DNA from: Gammaproteobacteria bacterium
GTDB taxonomy: Bacteria; Pseudomonadota; Gammaproteobacteria; Eutrophobiales; Eutrophobiaceae
Length of the DNA stretch: 64,000 nt
Direction of reading: 5' to 3'
Assembly: GCA_965221335.1 (NCBI GenBank)
Contig: CBDCSC010000006.1
Coordinates: forward strand, 199,570 to 263,569
Position 1 is the stretch's first letter. Each line of letters opens with the position of its first letter. The notes below the pieces were generated by a model. The model searched no databases, was not told the DNA's origin, and was given only the letters and a program-made list of their open reading frames with translations. Made by a program: the position numbers and the translations under genes. Shown here piece by piece: positions 34,887 through 44,355 of this stretch.

Positions 34887-35573
34887 ATGGCTGCGCACGA
34901 GATCGAATTCCGCCACCTGTCCAAATCCTATTGGGAGGCCGACCGCGAACATGTCGTTCTGCATGATGTAAACGGTGTGGTGCGCGCAGGGGAATTTATC
35001 GTGTTGCTCGGCAAGAGCGGGTGCGGGAAATCCACGCTGTTGAATCTTATCAGTGGTATCGATGCGCCAAGCCGGGGCGATATACTGGTCAACGGGCAAT
35101 CGCTGACCGCGATGAGCGAAGATGAGCGCACGTTGTTCCGCCGCCGTCATATCGGTTTCGTGTACCAGAGCTTCAACCTGATCCCCACATTGACGGTAAG
35201 GGACAACCTGTTGTTACCGCTGGCGTTGACGCGCCAGCTTGACCGCGACAGCCGGACAAAACCGGCAGACATGCTGGCGCAACTCGGTATTGCGCAGCGG
35301 CTGGATTATTACCCCGACAAGCTGTCCACCGGCGAACAGCAACGCATTGCCATCGGCAGGGCGCTGATCCATAACCCCTCCATCATCCTCGCCGATGAAC
35401 CCACCGGAAACCTCGATCATGACACCGGACAGGAAGTGTTGAGCCTGCTCGACCGGCTGGTGCGCCGCGCCGGCAGAACCCTGATCATGGTTACCCACAG
35501 CCGGGAGGTTATCGGGCTGGCCGACCGGCTGATGACAATACGGGATTGCCGGTTGGAAGAAAGCGCTTGCTAA
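34887..35573 (+). CDS. ABC transporter ATP-binding protein (MacB/LolD/AttE-like)
   Basis: It has Walker A (GKSGCGKST), the signature LSTGEQQR and Walker B (ILADEPT). The ATG at 34887 is preferred over the ORF-track start at 34848. Confidence 0.9.
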   Translation: MAAHEIEFRHLSKSYWEADREHVVLHDVNGVVRAGEFIVLLGKSGCGKSTLLNLISGIDAPSRGDILVNGQSLTAMSEDERTLFRRRHIGFVYQSFNLIPTLTVRDNLLLPLALTRQLDRDSRTKPADMLAQLGIAQRLDYYPDKLSTGEQQRIAIGRALIHNPSIILADEPTGNLDHDTGQEVLSLLDRLVRRAGRTLIMVTHSREVIGLADRLMTIRDCRLEESAC

Positions 35574-38134
35574 GCTTTAACAACGTCCTGTTCCGTTCGA
35601 GCGCGCGCTTTTTCCTGCGTCATCCCGCGCAATTGGGGCTGGCCGTAACCGGCATTGCCCTGGCCGTTGCCGTGGTGGTGTCCGTTGACCTGGTCAACAA
35701 CAGCGCCAGGCATTCCTTCGAACGGTCCACTGCAACCATCACCGGCGGGGCTACCCATCGTATCATTGCCGGACCCGCTGGGCTTGATGAAACGCTGTAT
35801 ACGCGATTGCGTATCGATCACGGCCTGCGCGCCACCGCGCCCATCATCGAGGCCAGGGTGGCCCTGGAGAAGAACACAAAGCGGGAGGCGCTGGTCTTGC
35901 TTGGTCTTGACCCGTTCGCGGAACGGAATTTTCGCACCTATGCCGGGTTCAACAACCTCCGCAGTGCGGAAGGAGAGGGCGCCCTGATCCCCTTGTTGGC
36001 GGAGGCAAGTACCGTACTCGTCGATGCCACAACGGCAACCCGGCTGGGACTGCGGGCAAACGATGAAGCTGACCTGGTGACCGGCGGCCGGAGGCTACCC
36101 GTGCGTGTGGCAGGCATTATTGCCGAGACCGCAACGGGATCTTCCCATACCCCCGATAACCTGCTGGTGGCGGACATAGCCACTGCCCAGGAACTGCTTG
36201 GTATGCAGGGTCGGATCAGCCGTATCGATGTGTTGCTAGAAGACGGGGACGGCACGGCCGGGAACATGTTGCAATCATTGTTGCCGCCGGGTGCGGCATT
36301 GCTTCCCGCAACAACGAGAACCCGTTCTGTTGAACAGATGACCGGTGCATTTCATACCAATCTTACCGCATTGAGCCTGCTGGCCTTGCTGGTGGGCATG
36401 TTTCTCATCTATAACACGATGACGTTCATCGTGGTGCAGCGGCGGCCCCTGTTGGGCCGGTTGCGGGCGCTGGGCGTAACACGGCGGCAACTGGGCGGGA
36501 TTATCGCGCTGGAGGCATTACTCATGGGGGTTGCGGCCACTGTTGCCGGCCTGGTATTGGGCGTTGTGCTGGCGCATGGCCTGTTACAGGTCGTTAACCG
36601 CACCATCAACGAGGTATATGAACTGCTCACGGATTCGAATCTCACCCTGTCAAATTTGTCGTTGCTGAAGGGTGCGCTACTGGGCATCGCGGGCACGCTG
36701 CTGGCAACCATCCCCGCGGCGCTGGAGGCGATGCGGGTCACGCCAAGACAGGCGCTGTTACGCTCGCACATGGAAACAGCGGCGCGGCGCCTGGCGCTAC
36801 CGGCTGCGTTCGCGGGTAGTATTGCGCTCGGCGCCGGTATTGCCGTCATCCGGCTCTCCGGTCACGGTATCGGACTGGGGTTCGCCGGTATCTTTATCAT
36901 CATCCTGGGCACGACCCTGCTGATACCTTTAATGACGGTTGTCCTGATGGCATGCTTAAAACCCCTGCTGGGCAGATGTTTCGGTATTTCGGGGCGTTAT
37001 GCCAGCGAATCGGTCACGGCTTCCCTGAGCCGTACCGCGGCCGCGATCGCGGCGCTGATGATCGCCATCGCCACAGTTATCGGTATTGGTCTGATGGTCA
37101 ATAATTTCCGTGTATCTGTGCAGAGCTGGCTGCAACAGGCGCTGCGCGCAGAGATGTATGTATCCTTGCCGTCGGCGGGAACGACGGCTTCAGGCTTCGC
37201 CCTGGATGCCGGGTTTGCGGATGCCATGCAGGCGTTGCCGCAGGTGCAAGCCGTCAGCAGCGTGCGGCGCATTAACATCGAAACATCCCGGGGGACAACA
37301 GAACTGGCCGCCTACGGGTTGAACGAGACTGCACGGGAAGGCTTCCGCTTCAAACAGCGTGAAGCCGAGGATATCTGGCCGGACTTTCACGAGCAGGATA
37401 CGGTCATCGTGTCCGAACCCTATGCCTGGCATCACGCGCTGGAACCGGATGACATGCTGGAACTCCGTACCGACAACGGTTACCGGTCATTCCGCGTGCT
37501 GGGCGTGTACAAGGATTACAGCTCTGACCAGGGTGTCGTCAGTATGAGCCGGCGCACCTATGATCGGCATTGGCGCGATAACCGCTATTCGGGTTTTGGT
37601 CTGTACACGCTACCCGGCACGGACCTGGAGGTATTGCGCAGGCAGGTGCAACAACTGGCGCCGGAACGTGACCTGTGGTTGCAGGACAGGGACAGAATAA
37701 TGCGCGCATCGCTGGAGGTGTTTGACAATACCTTCGCCGTCACTGACATTCTGCGGGTACTGGCGGCCATCATCGCCTTTATTGGCGTGTTCAGCGCACT
37801 GATGGCATTGCAAATGGAGCGCAGCCGGGAACATGCGCTGCTGCGGGCTATGGGTTTTCTGCCCGCACAGGTGCGACGTTTGATTATTTCAGAAACCGGC
37901 CTGCTGGGCCTGGTTGCCGGCCTGCTGGCAATCCCGGTGGGCTGTCTCATTACCGCGCTGCTGATCTTGGTAATCAACCGGCGTTCCTTCGGCTGGAGCA
38001 TGGAACTCCAATTCAGCGCGGAGATCATGTTGCAGGGGCTGGCCCTTGGGCTGGCGGCGGCCCTGCTTGCCGGCATTTATCCCGCCTGGAAGATTTCCCG
38101 TGCGCAACCTGCCGAGGCCCTGAGAAGGGAATAA
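35546..38134 (+). CDS. ABC transporter permease with two FtsX-like domains (AttF/G-like)
   Basis: 862 aa. Two multi-helix hydrophobic modules are separated by large periplasmic segments. The gene overlaps the ATPase gene end. The start codon is uncertain (TTG at 35546 or 35567). Confidence 0.85.
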   Translation: MPVGRKRLLSFNNVLFRSSARFFLRHPAQLGLAVTGIALAVAVVVSVDLVNNSARHSFERSTATITGGATHRIIAGPAGLDETLYTRLRIDHGLRATAPIIEARVALEKNTKREALVLLGLDPFAERNFRTYAGFNNLRSAEGEGALIPLLAEASTVLVDATTATRLGLRANDEADLVTGGRRLPVRVAGIIAETATGSSHTPDNLLVADIATAQELLGMQGRISRIDVLLEDGDGTAGNMLQSLLPPGAALLPATTRTRSVEQMTGAFHTNLTALSLLALLVGMFLIYNTMTFIVVQRRPLLGRLRALGVTRRQLGGIIALEALLMGVAATVAGLVLGVVLAHGLLQVVNRTINEVYELLTDSNLTLSNLSLLKGALLGIAGTLLATIPAALEAMRVTPRQALLRSHMETAARRLALPAAFAGSIALGAGIAVIRLSGHGIGLGFAGIFIIILGTTLLIPLMTVVLMACLKPLLGRCFGISGRYASESVTASLSRTAAAIAALMIAIATVIGIGLMVNNFRVSVQSWLQQALRAEMYVSLPSAGTTASGFALDAGFADAMQALPQVQAVSSVRRINIETSRGTTELAAYGLNETAREGFRFKQREAEDIWPDFHEQDTVIVSEPYAWHHALEPDDMLELRTDNGYRSFRVLGVYKDYSSDQGVVSMSRRTYDRHWRDNRYSGFGLYTLPGTDLEVLRRQVQQLAPERDLWLQDRDRIMRASLEVFDNTFAVTDILRVLAAIIAFIGVFSALMALQMERSREHALLRAMGFLPAQVRRLIISETGLLGLVAGLLAIPVGCLITALLILVINRRSFGWSMELQFSAEIMLQGLALGLAAALLAGIYPAWKISRAQPAEALRRE

Positions 38135-38214
38135 CGCATGACTTGGCGGTTTCTACCAACCCAAAAACAGCGCCAATGGATGCGATGATTTCACGGCACG
38201 AAACGTATCACTCC

Positions 38215-39378
38215 ATGGAGAAGTTTATTTCGGTCATCCTGGCAGCGCTCATACTTCCCGGCTGCATAGACAGGGACCCCGAAAAAAACCCTGTAACTAA
38301 CGAGGAACCGATACCTGTCGTCGACATATTGCGCGGCGACCCGGCGCGATCGTTTGCCCAGGTGGATCGGCCCAGACAGTTCCGTTTTCCCGCTGATCAT
38401 GGCCCGCATAACGAATATCGGACCGAGTGGTGGTATTTCACCGGTAATGTCAACGCCGGCGACGCGCATCGGTTCGGGTATCAGCTCACCTTTTTTCGTT
38501 TTCGGCCAAGCGCCGAACAACAGAACGGTTCTTCCCGCTGGCGGACCCGGCATCTCTATATGGCCCACTTTGCGCTGACCGATATCGGCAATGACAAGTT
38601 CCATACCTTCGAGCGTTTCAGTCGCGGCGCCGCCGGTCTTGCCGGCGCAATTTCGGGCAAGCTGCATGTCTGGCTTGAGGACTGGTCTGCGGCGGCAACT
38701 TCAGCGCAAACATTTCCGCTGCGTCTGCACGCCCGCGAGGAAAGGATTGCGCTGGACCTCACGCTGGAACAGGGTAAGGACGTTGTTCTCCATGGTGAGG
38801 ACGGCATCAGTGTGAAGAACGACGAGCCGGGCAATGCTTCGTATTACTACTCCTATACGCGCATGCCAACCTCGGGACGTATCAGCGTTGGTGATAAGAC
38901 GTATACGGTAAGCGGCTATAGCTGGATGGACCGGGAGTGGAGCAGCAGCGCCCTGGGCGAGGAACAACAGGGATGGGACTGGTTTGCGCTGCAATTGTCC
39001 AATGATTACGAAGTCATGTATTACCGTTTTCGCCGCGCGGACGGCGCGGTCGATCGCTTCAGTTACGGCGCCGTCGTGCTGCCAAATGGCCGAGTCAACA
39101 AGCTGGACTTCGACCAGGTGCAGCTGGATATACTGGATACCTGGCAGAGCACCGGGAGTGGGGTGATATATCCCTGCGCATGGCGCCTGCGGGTACCGGA
39201 GCATGCAATCGATCTGACGATCCGGCCGGCGGTAGCCGCCCAGGAACTGGATCTCTCGTTCCGGTACTGGGAGGGCGCAGTTGAATTTGACGGCGCTGTT
39301 GACGGAAGCGACGTTTACGGCCGTGGTTACGTAGAACTCACCGGCTACGGAGCAAACGCCGTGCCGCGGAGCCGGTAA
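38215..39378 (+). CDS. AttH/CrtC-like lipocalin-fold lipoprotein (hydroxyneurosporene synthase-like domain)
   Basis: It has the lipobox LILPGC after MEKFISVILAA. The block FRFPADHGPHNEYRTEWWYFTGN...GYQLTFFR is typical of the AttH/CrtC family. It follows the ATPase and permease as in attEFGH. The ORF-track start at 38143 is less likely. Confidence 0.8.
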   Translation: MEKFISVILAALILPGCIDRDPEKNPVTNEEPIPVVDILRGDPARSFAQVDRPRQFRFPADHGPHNEYRTEWWYFTGNVNAGDAHRFGYQLTFFRFRPSAEQQNGSSRWRTRHLYMAHFALTDIGNDKFHTFERFSRGAAGLAGAISGKLHVWLEDWSAAATSAQTFPLRLHAREERIALDLTLEQGKDVVLHGEDGISVKNDEPGNASYYYSYTRMPTSGRISVGDKTYTVSGYSWMDREWSSSALGEEQQGWDWFALQLSNDYEVMYYRFRRADGAVDRFSYGAVVLPNGRVNKLDFDQVQLDILDTWQSTGSGVIYPCAWRLRVPEHAIDLTIRPAVAAQELDLSFRYWEGAVEFDGAVDGSDVYGRGYVELTGYGANAVPRSR

Positions 39379-39411
39379 ATACATATCCTGAATCAGAAAG
39401 CACTGCATTTG

Positions 39412-39446
39412 ATATATGTCATTTATATACCTATAATGACATATAT
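39412..39446. promoter_or_regulatory. Inverted repeat (ATATATGTCATT ... AATGACATATAT) with an embedded TATAAT; a likely vapBC promoter/operator
   Basis: The two 12-nt arms are perfect reverse complements, at 39412-39423 and 39435-39446. TATAAT lies at 39432-39437. The repeat overlaps the predicted vapB start. Confidence 0.5.
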
Positions 39447-39660
39447 GGTCAAAACACAAATATATTTACCGGAAGATGAATTGCAAGCGTTGCGGGAAAC
39501 CGCTCAGCGCTCGGGCCGTAGTATGGCAGATCTTGTGCGTGAAGCGATTCGGCAAGTCTGGCTGCGCCCGGATTCGGTTACCACAGGCCCTGTGGCTTTG
39601 TGGGATGGGGTACCTTCCCGCACCTCTGTTGAGCATGACTCAATTTATGATGAGCAATGA
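39445..39660 (+). CDS. vapB: Ribbon-helix-helix (CopG/VapB-type) antitoxin
   Basis: MVKTQIYLPEDELQALRETAQRSGRSMADLVREAIR is an RHH fold signature. Its stop overlaps the PIN gene start (ATGA). Confidence 0.8.
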   Translation: MVKTQIYLPEDELQALRETAQRSGRSMADLVREAIRQVWLRPDSVTTGPVALWDGVPSRTSVEHDSIYDEQ

Positions 39661-40073
39661 GAGATCGTTCGGATGTTTTTGTCGATTCAGGGGGTTGGAT
39701 AGCGTTGGCATTATCGCGGGACCCGTTTCACGAGAGAGCGGTTGAAGTCTGGAAACGGGTACATGAAAGCCGCGCCAGCCTCTATACATCCGTGCCGGTT
39801 ATCCTGGAGACATTTACGTTTCTTGATCGGCATGCTCGCAGGGATATCGCTCTAGCTTGGAAAGATTCGTTGGAACAACTGTCCAACCTTGAAACTATCT
39901 CATGTAATGCAGATGAGATGCGCGCTGCGTGGCAGTATTTCACCGGGCAAAAATATCATAAGCTGTCAGCCGTAGATGCGACGAGCTTTGTCCTGATGGC
40001 AAGACGGCATATCAAAATAGCGTTCACTTTTGACCATCACTTCACATCTGCGGGATTCCAACTTATCGGTTAA
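39657..40073 (+). CDS. vapC: PIN-domain ribonuclease toxin
   Basis: 138 aa. Acidic PIN residues are in the expected positions (VFVDSGGWIA, ILET, SAVDATSF, FTFDHHF). Confidence 0.85.
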   Translation: MRDRSDVFVDSGGWIALALSRDPFHERAVEVWKRVHESRASLYTSVPVILETFTFLDRHARRDIALAWKDSLEQLSNLETISCNADEMRAAWQYFTGQKYHKLSAVDATSFVLMARRHIKIAFTFDHHFTSAGFQLIG

Positions 40074-40169
40074 CCCGGATATTGCGGCCAGTGGAAGTGA
40101 TGAACGCGCAGGTTTTTTCGTCTACGGGCGCATGAGACCTGCAGATTGAAGCACTGGAAGGTCAGTAAA

Positions 40170-40589
40170 TCAGGCCCAGCCCAACTCATTTAAAGCCCAG
40201 GATGAGTTCCATACTTTTACCATGCCGGAAATAAGGTCATTTTCATCGAGGGTCAGCACATAGACGTAGTGCGAGTTGGTCTGTTTGTTCGTCGGCGGTA
40301 CCGGTCCGCCTTCGCCGGTATGGGTGCCTGAAAATGTGGCGAAAAACAGCGCGGTGCGCGTCGCTTCATCATAGGACGATGCGTGCAGTTCATAACTGCA
40401 GCCGGGCATCAGGTTGAGACCGAGTCCTGCCATCCACTCGGCGTACCCTTCAACCGTGTCTACTTCAGCCAAGGCGTCGCTCTGTGCAAAAAAACCAGCG
40501 CCGGGCGCTACGTATTGTTTACAGCCATTCCAACCTTCAAGACTTTCACAGGCATGGAAAAAACGGGTTGCAGTATCAAATGCGGACAT
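40170..40589 (-). CDS. SnoaL-like / NTF2-fold protein (ester cyclase-like)
   Basis: 139 aa. The size and pattern (…A.F.GTHTGEGGP.PPT.K.....YVYV…) resemble SnoaL-like polyketide cyclase family proteins. Confidence 0.6.
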   Translation of the reverse strand: MSAFDTATRFFHACESLEGWNGCKQYVAPGAGFFAQSDALAEVDTVEGYAEWMAGLGLNLMPGCSYELHASSYDEATRTALFFATFSGTHTGEGGPVPPTNKQTNSHYVYVLTLDENDLISGMVKVWNSSWALNELGWA

Positions 40590-40620
40590 GCTTTTCTCCT
40601 GAAGTTGATTATTGGGCCAA

Positions 40621-40650
40621 GAAAGCTCTGAGGATTAAGTCAGAGATTTC
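40621..40650. repeat. Solo palindromic unit (GAAAGCTCTGA-N8-TCAGAGATTTC)
   Basis: Same core. It lies in the divergent intergenic region near the vapBC edge of the accessory block. Confidence 0.6.
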
Positions 40651-40824
40651 TGAACTGATCGTACATTCAATAACATACTACTTGAGGCAGACCATACTGT
40701 CCACCAATGGACTAAAACCAATGGACGCATTGCGCTGCTTACGGGACCTTTCTTCTGCGTGCTTTTGTCGATGATTGGGTTACACTGTACATTCAGACCA
40801 ATCGTATAAAATCGGAGATGAAGC

Positions 40825-41145
40825 ATGAAAACTGTCCTGGTTACCTACAACCTTCCCGGCAAGCCACCGCGCCAGGCAATCAGAGAAAAATTTGCCGATG
40901 CTGCCAACAACATTTTCAAAGGTCTTCCCGGCTTGATGAGCAAGCAATTCTGTTACGACGAGACAACAGGTGACGGTCACTCCGTGTATCTGTGGGAATC
41001 CGAGGAGCAGGCCAAGGAATTCTTTGCGCCTGACTTTGCGGAACATTTCCGTGAAGTCTTCGGCGTGGATCCAACAATCACCCATCTCGATATTCAGGTT
41101 CTGTTGGACAACCGGGCCGGTGATGTGGTCGTTAACAGGGAGTGA
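40825..41145 (+). CDS. YdhR-like / Dabb-fold putative monooxygenase
   Basis: 106 aa. The block G.SVYLWESEEQAKEFF resembles the E. coli YdhR family. Confidence 0.55.
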   Translation: MKTVLVTYNLPGKPPRQAIREKFADAANNIFKGLPGLMSKQFCYDETTGDGHSVYLWESEEQAKEFFAPDFAEHFREVFGVDPTITHLDIQVLLDNRAGDVVVNRE

Positions 41146-41163
41146 ATCGTTAAGGGGATAACT

Positions 41164-42084
41164 ATGCCAACTTCTTTATGGACAAAAATAACGGGTTTGC
41201 TGACCGGTAAACCTGCATATACTCCACCCAGGGTGTGGACCTGGGATGCGCCCAGTGGCGGTCAATTTGAAAATATCAACCGGCCGGTTGCCGGCGCTAC
41301 CCATGAACAGGCATTGCCCGTTGGCAAACATCCCCTGCAGCTATATTCATTGGCTACGCCGAACGGCGTGAAAGTGACCGTGATGCTGGAAGAACTCCTG
41401 GCCCTGGGGTTTGCAGGCGCTGAATATGATGCGTGGATGATCGATATCGGAGAGGGGCAGCAGTTCGGTAGCGGTTTTGTCGATATTAACCCGAACTCCA
41501 AGATCCCGGCCCTTGTTGATCGCAGCGGTGAGGAGCCTGTACGCCTGTTTGAATCGGGCGCCATCCTGCTTTACCTGGCGCAGAAATTCGGCGCGCTGAT
41601 CCCCGAAGAGCCGGTTTTGCAGGCGCAATGCCTGTCCTGGCTGTTCTGGCAAATGGGCAGCGCGCCATATCTTGGCGGCGGTTTCGGGCATTTTTATGCT
41701 TATGCGCCCGAAAAGTTCGAATACCCCATTAATCGCTATGCGATGGAAGTGAAACGCCAGATGGACGTGCTCGATCGTCACCTGGCTGATAATCGATACT
41801 GCTGCGGAGAGGAATACAGCATCGCCGATATCGCTGTCTGGCCCTGGTATGGCGCGCTGGTACTGAATAAGGTCTATGGCGCTGCCGAGTTCCTGGATGC
41901 CGGTTCCTATACACACCTGAATCGATGGACCGGCGAAATAACAGAGCGTCCCGCGGTCAAACGCGGGCGCATGGTGAATCGGAGCTGGGGCGAACCGGCG
42001 GAGCAGTTGCGGGAACGCCATGATGCGGGCGACTTCGATACCCGAACCCAGGATAAGCTCGAACCTGTTGAGAACGCGGAGTAG
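41164..42084 (+). CDS. yghU: Nu-class glutathione S-transferase (YghU-like disulfide-bond reductase)
   Basis: It is near-collinear with my memory of E. coli YghU: VWTWD..SGG.F.NINRPV.G.THE..LPVGKHPLQLYSL.TPNG.KVT.MLEELLALG..GAEYDAW.I.IG.G.QF.SGFV..NPNSKIPAL.D. Confidence 0.88.
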   Translation: MPTSLWTKITGLLTGKPAYTPPRVWTWDAPSGGQFENINRPVAGATHEQALPVGKHPLQLYSLATPNGVKVTVMLEELLALGFAGAEYDAWMIDIGEGQQFGSGFVDINPNSKIPALVDRSGEEPVRLFESGAILLYLAQKFGALIPEEPVLQAQCLSWLFWQMGSAPYLGGGFGHFYAYAPEKFEYPINRYAMEVKRQMDVLDRHLADNRYCCGEEYSIADIAVWPWYGALVLNKVYGAAEFLDAGSYTHLNRWTGEITERPAVKRGRMVNRSWGEPAEQLRERHDAGDFDTRTQDKLEPVENAE

Positions 42085-42158
42085 CTTGGATCTTGCACCA
42101 CTGGATGTGCTGAACATGTCAGAATTAACCGGAAAGGGTACCAGAGGCGCCCGTCCGT

Positions 42159-43337
42159 TTGACTGCGTTGAACCCATCGGCGGCAAATCGTCTCCGCTGC
42201 GCATTCATTGTGCCTGATCTGCCGAGCAACACTTTCCGGCATATCGCAGCCGTTTGCGCCGCCCAGGCGCTGGCAATTGCAGCGTCCATCCTGTCTCCAC
42301 TGGCCGTGGGCAGTCTGATCATCGGCCTGGGTATCGGCGAAGTTGAAGCGGGAGCACTGATTACCGCCGAATTGCTGGTCCTGGGGGCGACCAGCATCCT
42401 GGTGGCGCCGCTGGGTGTCAGGATACCGTATCGCATCCTGGCCCTGGCCGGAGGCGTCATGATCATCAGCGGTCAAGCCGGTGCGGCAACAGCAACCGGG
42501 CTGAACGACCTGTATCCGTGGCGCCTGCTGGCGGGGGCCGGTTGTGGTTGCCTGCTGGCGACAGTGAATGCCGCGATCGCCCGGGCGCGCAACCCGGACC
42601 TGTTGTACGGTCTGGCCTGGGCTGCGGCCTACAGCTTCAGTTCCGTCATGGCCATTGCGATTACCGAGAGCAACACTCTGGTGACCTACGAGGTAGTGTA
42701 TGGTTCCCTGGCCGTGGCGCAGTTGCTTTTGCTACCCTTGCTCTGGTTCATCCCGGAACACGGTAAGACACGCGCATCACTCTCGTTGCCTGCGGGCAGT
42801 ATCGGTACCGGCTGTATCCTGATGGCGGGGATCGCACTCATGGGCGTTAGTGTGATGGTGTATTATGCTTTCCTGGAACGGTTGGCAGTGCAGATTGGCG
42901 CGGCGCCGGCAGAAACCGGCCGCATTGTTGCTGCGGCCCAGGTTGCGGGCATTGTCGGCGGTTTGCTTGCCGCTCCGGTAGCCCGCAAGTTCGGTCTGGC
43001 GGCAGGACTGTGCACCACCACAATATTGCATGCAGTGGCGATCAGTCTGGCTGTCTGGACCGGCTCAGTATTGACGCTGGGGATCGTTGCCTTTGTTGAG
43101 GCTGTACTGTTTATTATGATGATACCCCTGATGCTGACCCTGGCAGCCGGTATTGACGAAAAAGGGCGTTGGGCAGCCGTTGCCGGGGGTGTGTTTGTTC
43201 TCAGTACCGCGCTGGGGCCGGTTTTGGGCGCATTGCTCATAGAATGGTCAGGATATGACGCGATAGCCTGGGCACAGTGGCCGGCGGCATTGCTGGCAGT
43301 TGCCATTTTTTCCTGGGTGAGCCGCAACCGCGGATAA
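42159..43337 (+). CDS. MFS-type transporter
   Basis: 392 aa, with about 12 hydrophobic helices in a two-halves organisation. Confidence 0.7.
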   Translation: MTALNPSAANRLRCAFIVPDLPSNTFRHIAAVCAAQALAIAASILSPLAVGSLIIGLGIGEVEAGALITAELLVLGATSILVAPLGVRIPYRILALAGGVMIISGQAGAATATGLNDLYPWRLLAGAGCGCLLATVNAAIARARNPDLLYGLAWAAAYSFSSVMAIAITESNTLVTYEVVYGSLAVAQLLLLPLLWFIPEHGKTRASLSLPAGSIGTGCILMAGIALMGVSVMVYYAFLERLAVQIGAAPAETGRIVAAAQVAGIVGGLLAAPVARKFGLAAGLCTTTILHAVAISLAVWTGSVLTLGIVAFVEAVLFIMMIPLMLTLAAGIDEKGRWAAVAGGVFVLSTALGPVLGALLIEWSGYDAIAWAQWPAALLAVAIFSWVSRNRG

Positions 43338-43344
43338 AGATATT

Positions 43345-44355
43345 TTGGAGAGGGGTATGGATCAAGAAAAACTTGCAGCTTTGCGTGACAAGTACCAAGA
43401 TCAGCCTTATGACAAGGTAGACGACCCGGACCATGCCAAGGCCTTGCCCGGGGCCACGGATATGCTGACCGGCATCGCCACCTTGTGCGACGCGCCTTAC
43501 CGGGAAACCCCGGACGGACTTGATATTGCTTTGATCGGCGTGCCGTTTGATGCCGGCGTGGTGCACCGGACCGGCGCTCGCTTTGGGCCGCGCTCGATCC
43601 GGAACATCTCGATGGCGGTGGGGCCGTTCAATCATCAGACCCTGGTAAACCCATTCACCCTGTGCGCGATCGCGGATGTCGGCGATGTGCCCCTGCATGG
43701 TTTCAGCCTGGAAGAAGGCATCCGCACCATTGAGCAATATTTCCACAAGATCGTGGACGCGGGAGTCATTCCGGTATCAGCCGGCGGCGACCACTCCATC
43801 ACTTATCCGATCATGAAGGCAGTGGGCCGGGATGAGCCGTTGGGCATGATCCACATCGACGCTCACTGTGACACCATGGGAGCGCTGGAAGACCATAAGT
43901 TCCACCACGGTGGCCCGTTTCGCCACGCGGTTCTGGACGGAGTGCTGGACCCGGATCGTTGCGTGCAGGTCGGCATCCGGGGCGCGGCAGAGGTATTCTG
44001 GGAATTTTCTTATGACTCAGGGATGACGGTCATACCCATTCAGGACTTTCATGCAATGGGAGTGCCGGCAGTCATCAAAAAGACGCGGGAAGTACTGGGT
44101 GAGGGTCCTGTTTATGTCAGTTTCGATGTGGATGGCCTGGACCCGGTCTATGCCCCCGGCACCGGGACGCCGGAAGTCGGCGGTCTGAGCACTGCTGATG
44201 CGATACAGCTTCTCAGGGGCTTACGGGGGTTGCAGTTCGTGGGCGGCGACCTGGTAGAAGTCGCGCCGCAGTACGATGCAACCACCAACACGTCGCAGGT
44301 CGGCAAACAGATGCTGTTTGAAATCCTGTGCCTGGTGGCCGAGAGCAAAACCTAA
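43345..44355 (+). CDS. Ureohydrolase (arginase-fold) family: agmatinase / guanidino-acid hydrolase
   Basis: It has the Mn-binding blocks GGDHSITYP, IHIDAHCDT and SFDVDGLDP. Confidence 0.88.
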   Translation: MERGMDQEKLAALRDKYQDQPYDKVDDPDHAKALPGATDMLTGIATLCDAPYRETPDGLDIALIGVPFDAGVVHRTGARFGPRSIRNISMAVGPFNHQTLVNPFTLCAIADVGDVPLHGFSLEEGIRTIEQYFHKIVDAGVIPVSAGGDHSITYPIMKAVGRDEPLGMIHIDAHCDTMGALEDHKFHHGGPFRHAVLDGVLDPDRCVQVGIRGAAEVFWEFSYDSGMTVIPIQDFHAMGVPAVIKKTREVLGEGPVYVSFDVDGLDPVYAPGTGTPEVGGLSTADAIQLLRGLRGLQFVGGDLVEVAPQYDATTNTSQVGKQMLFEILCLVAESKT

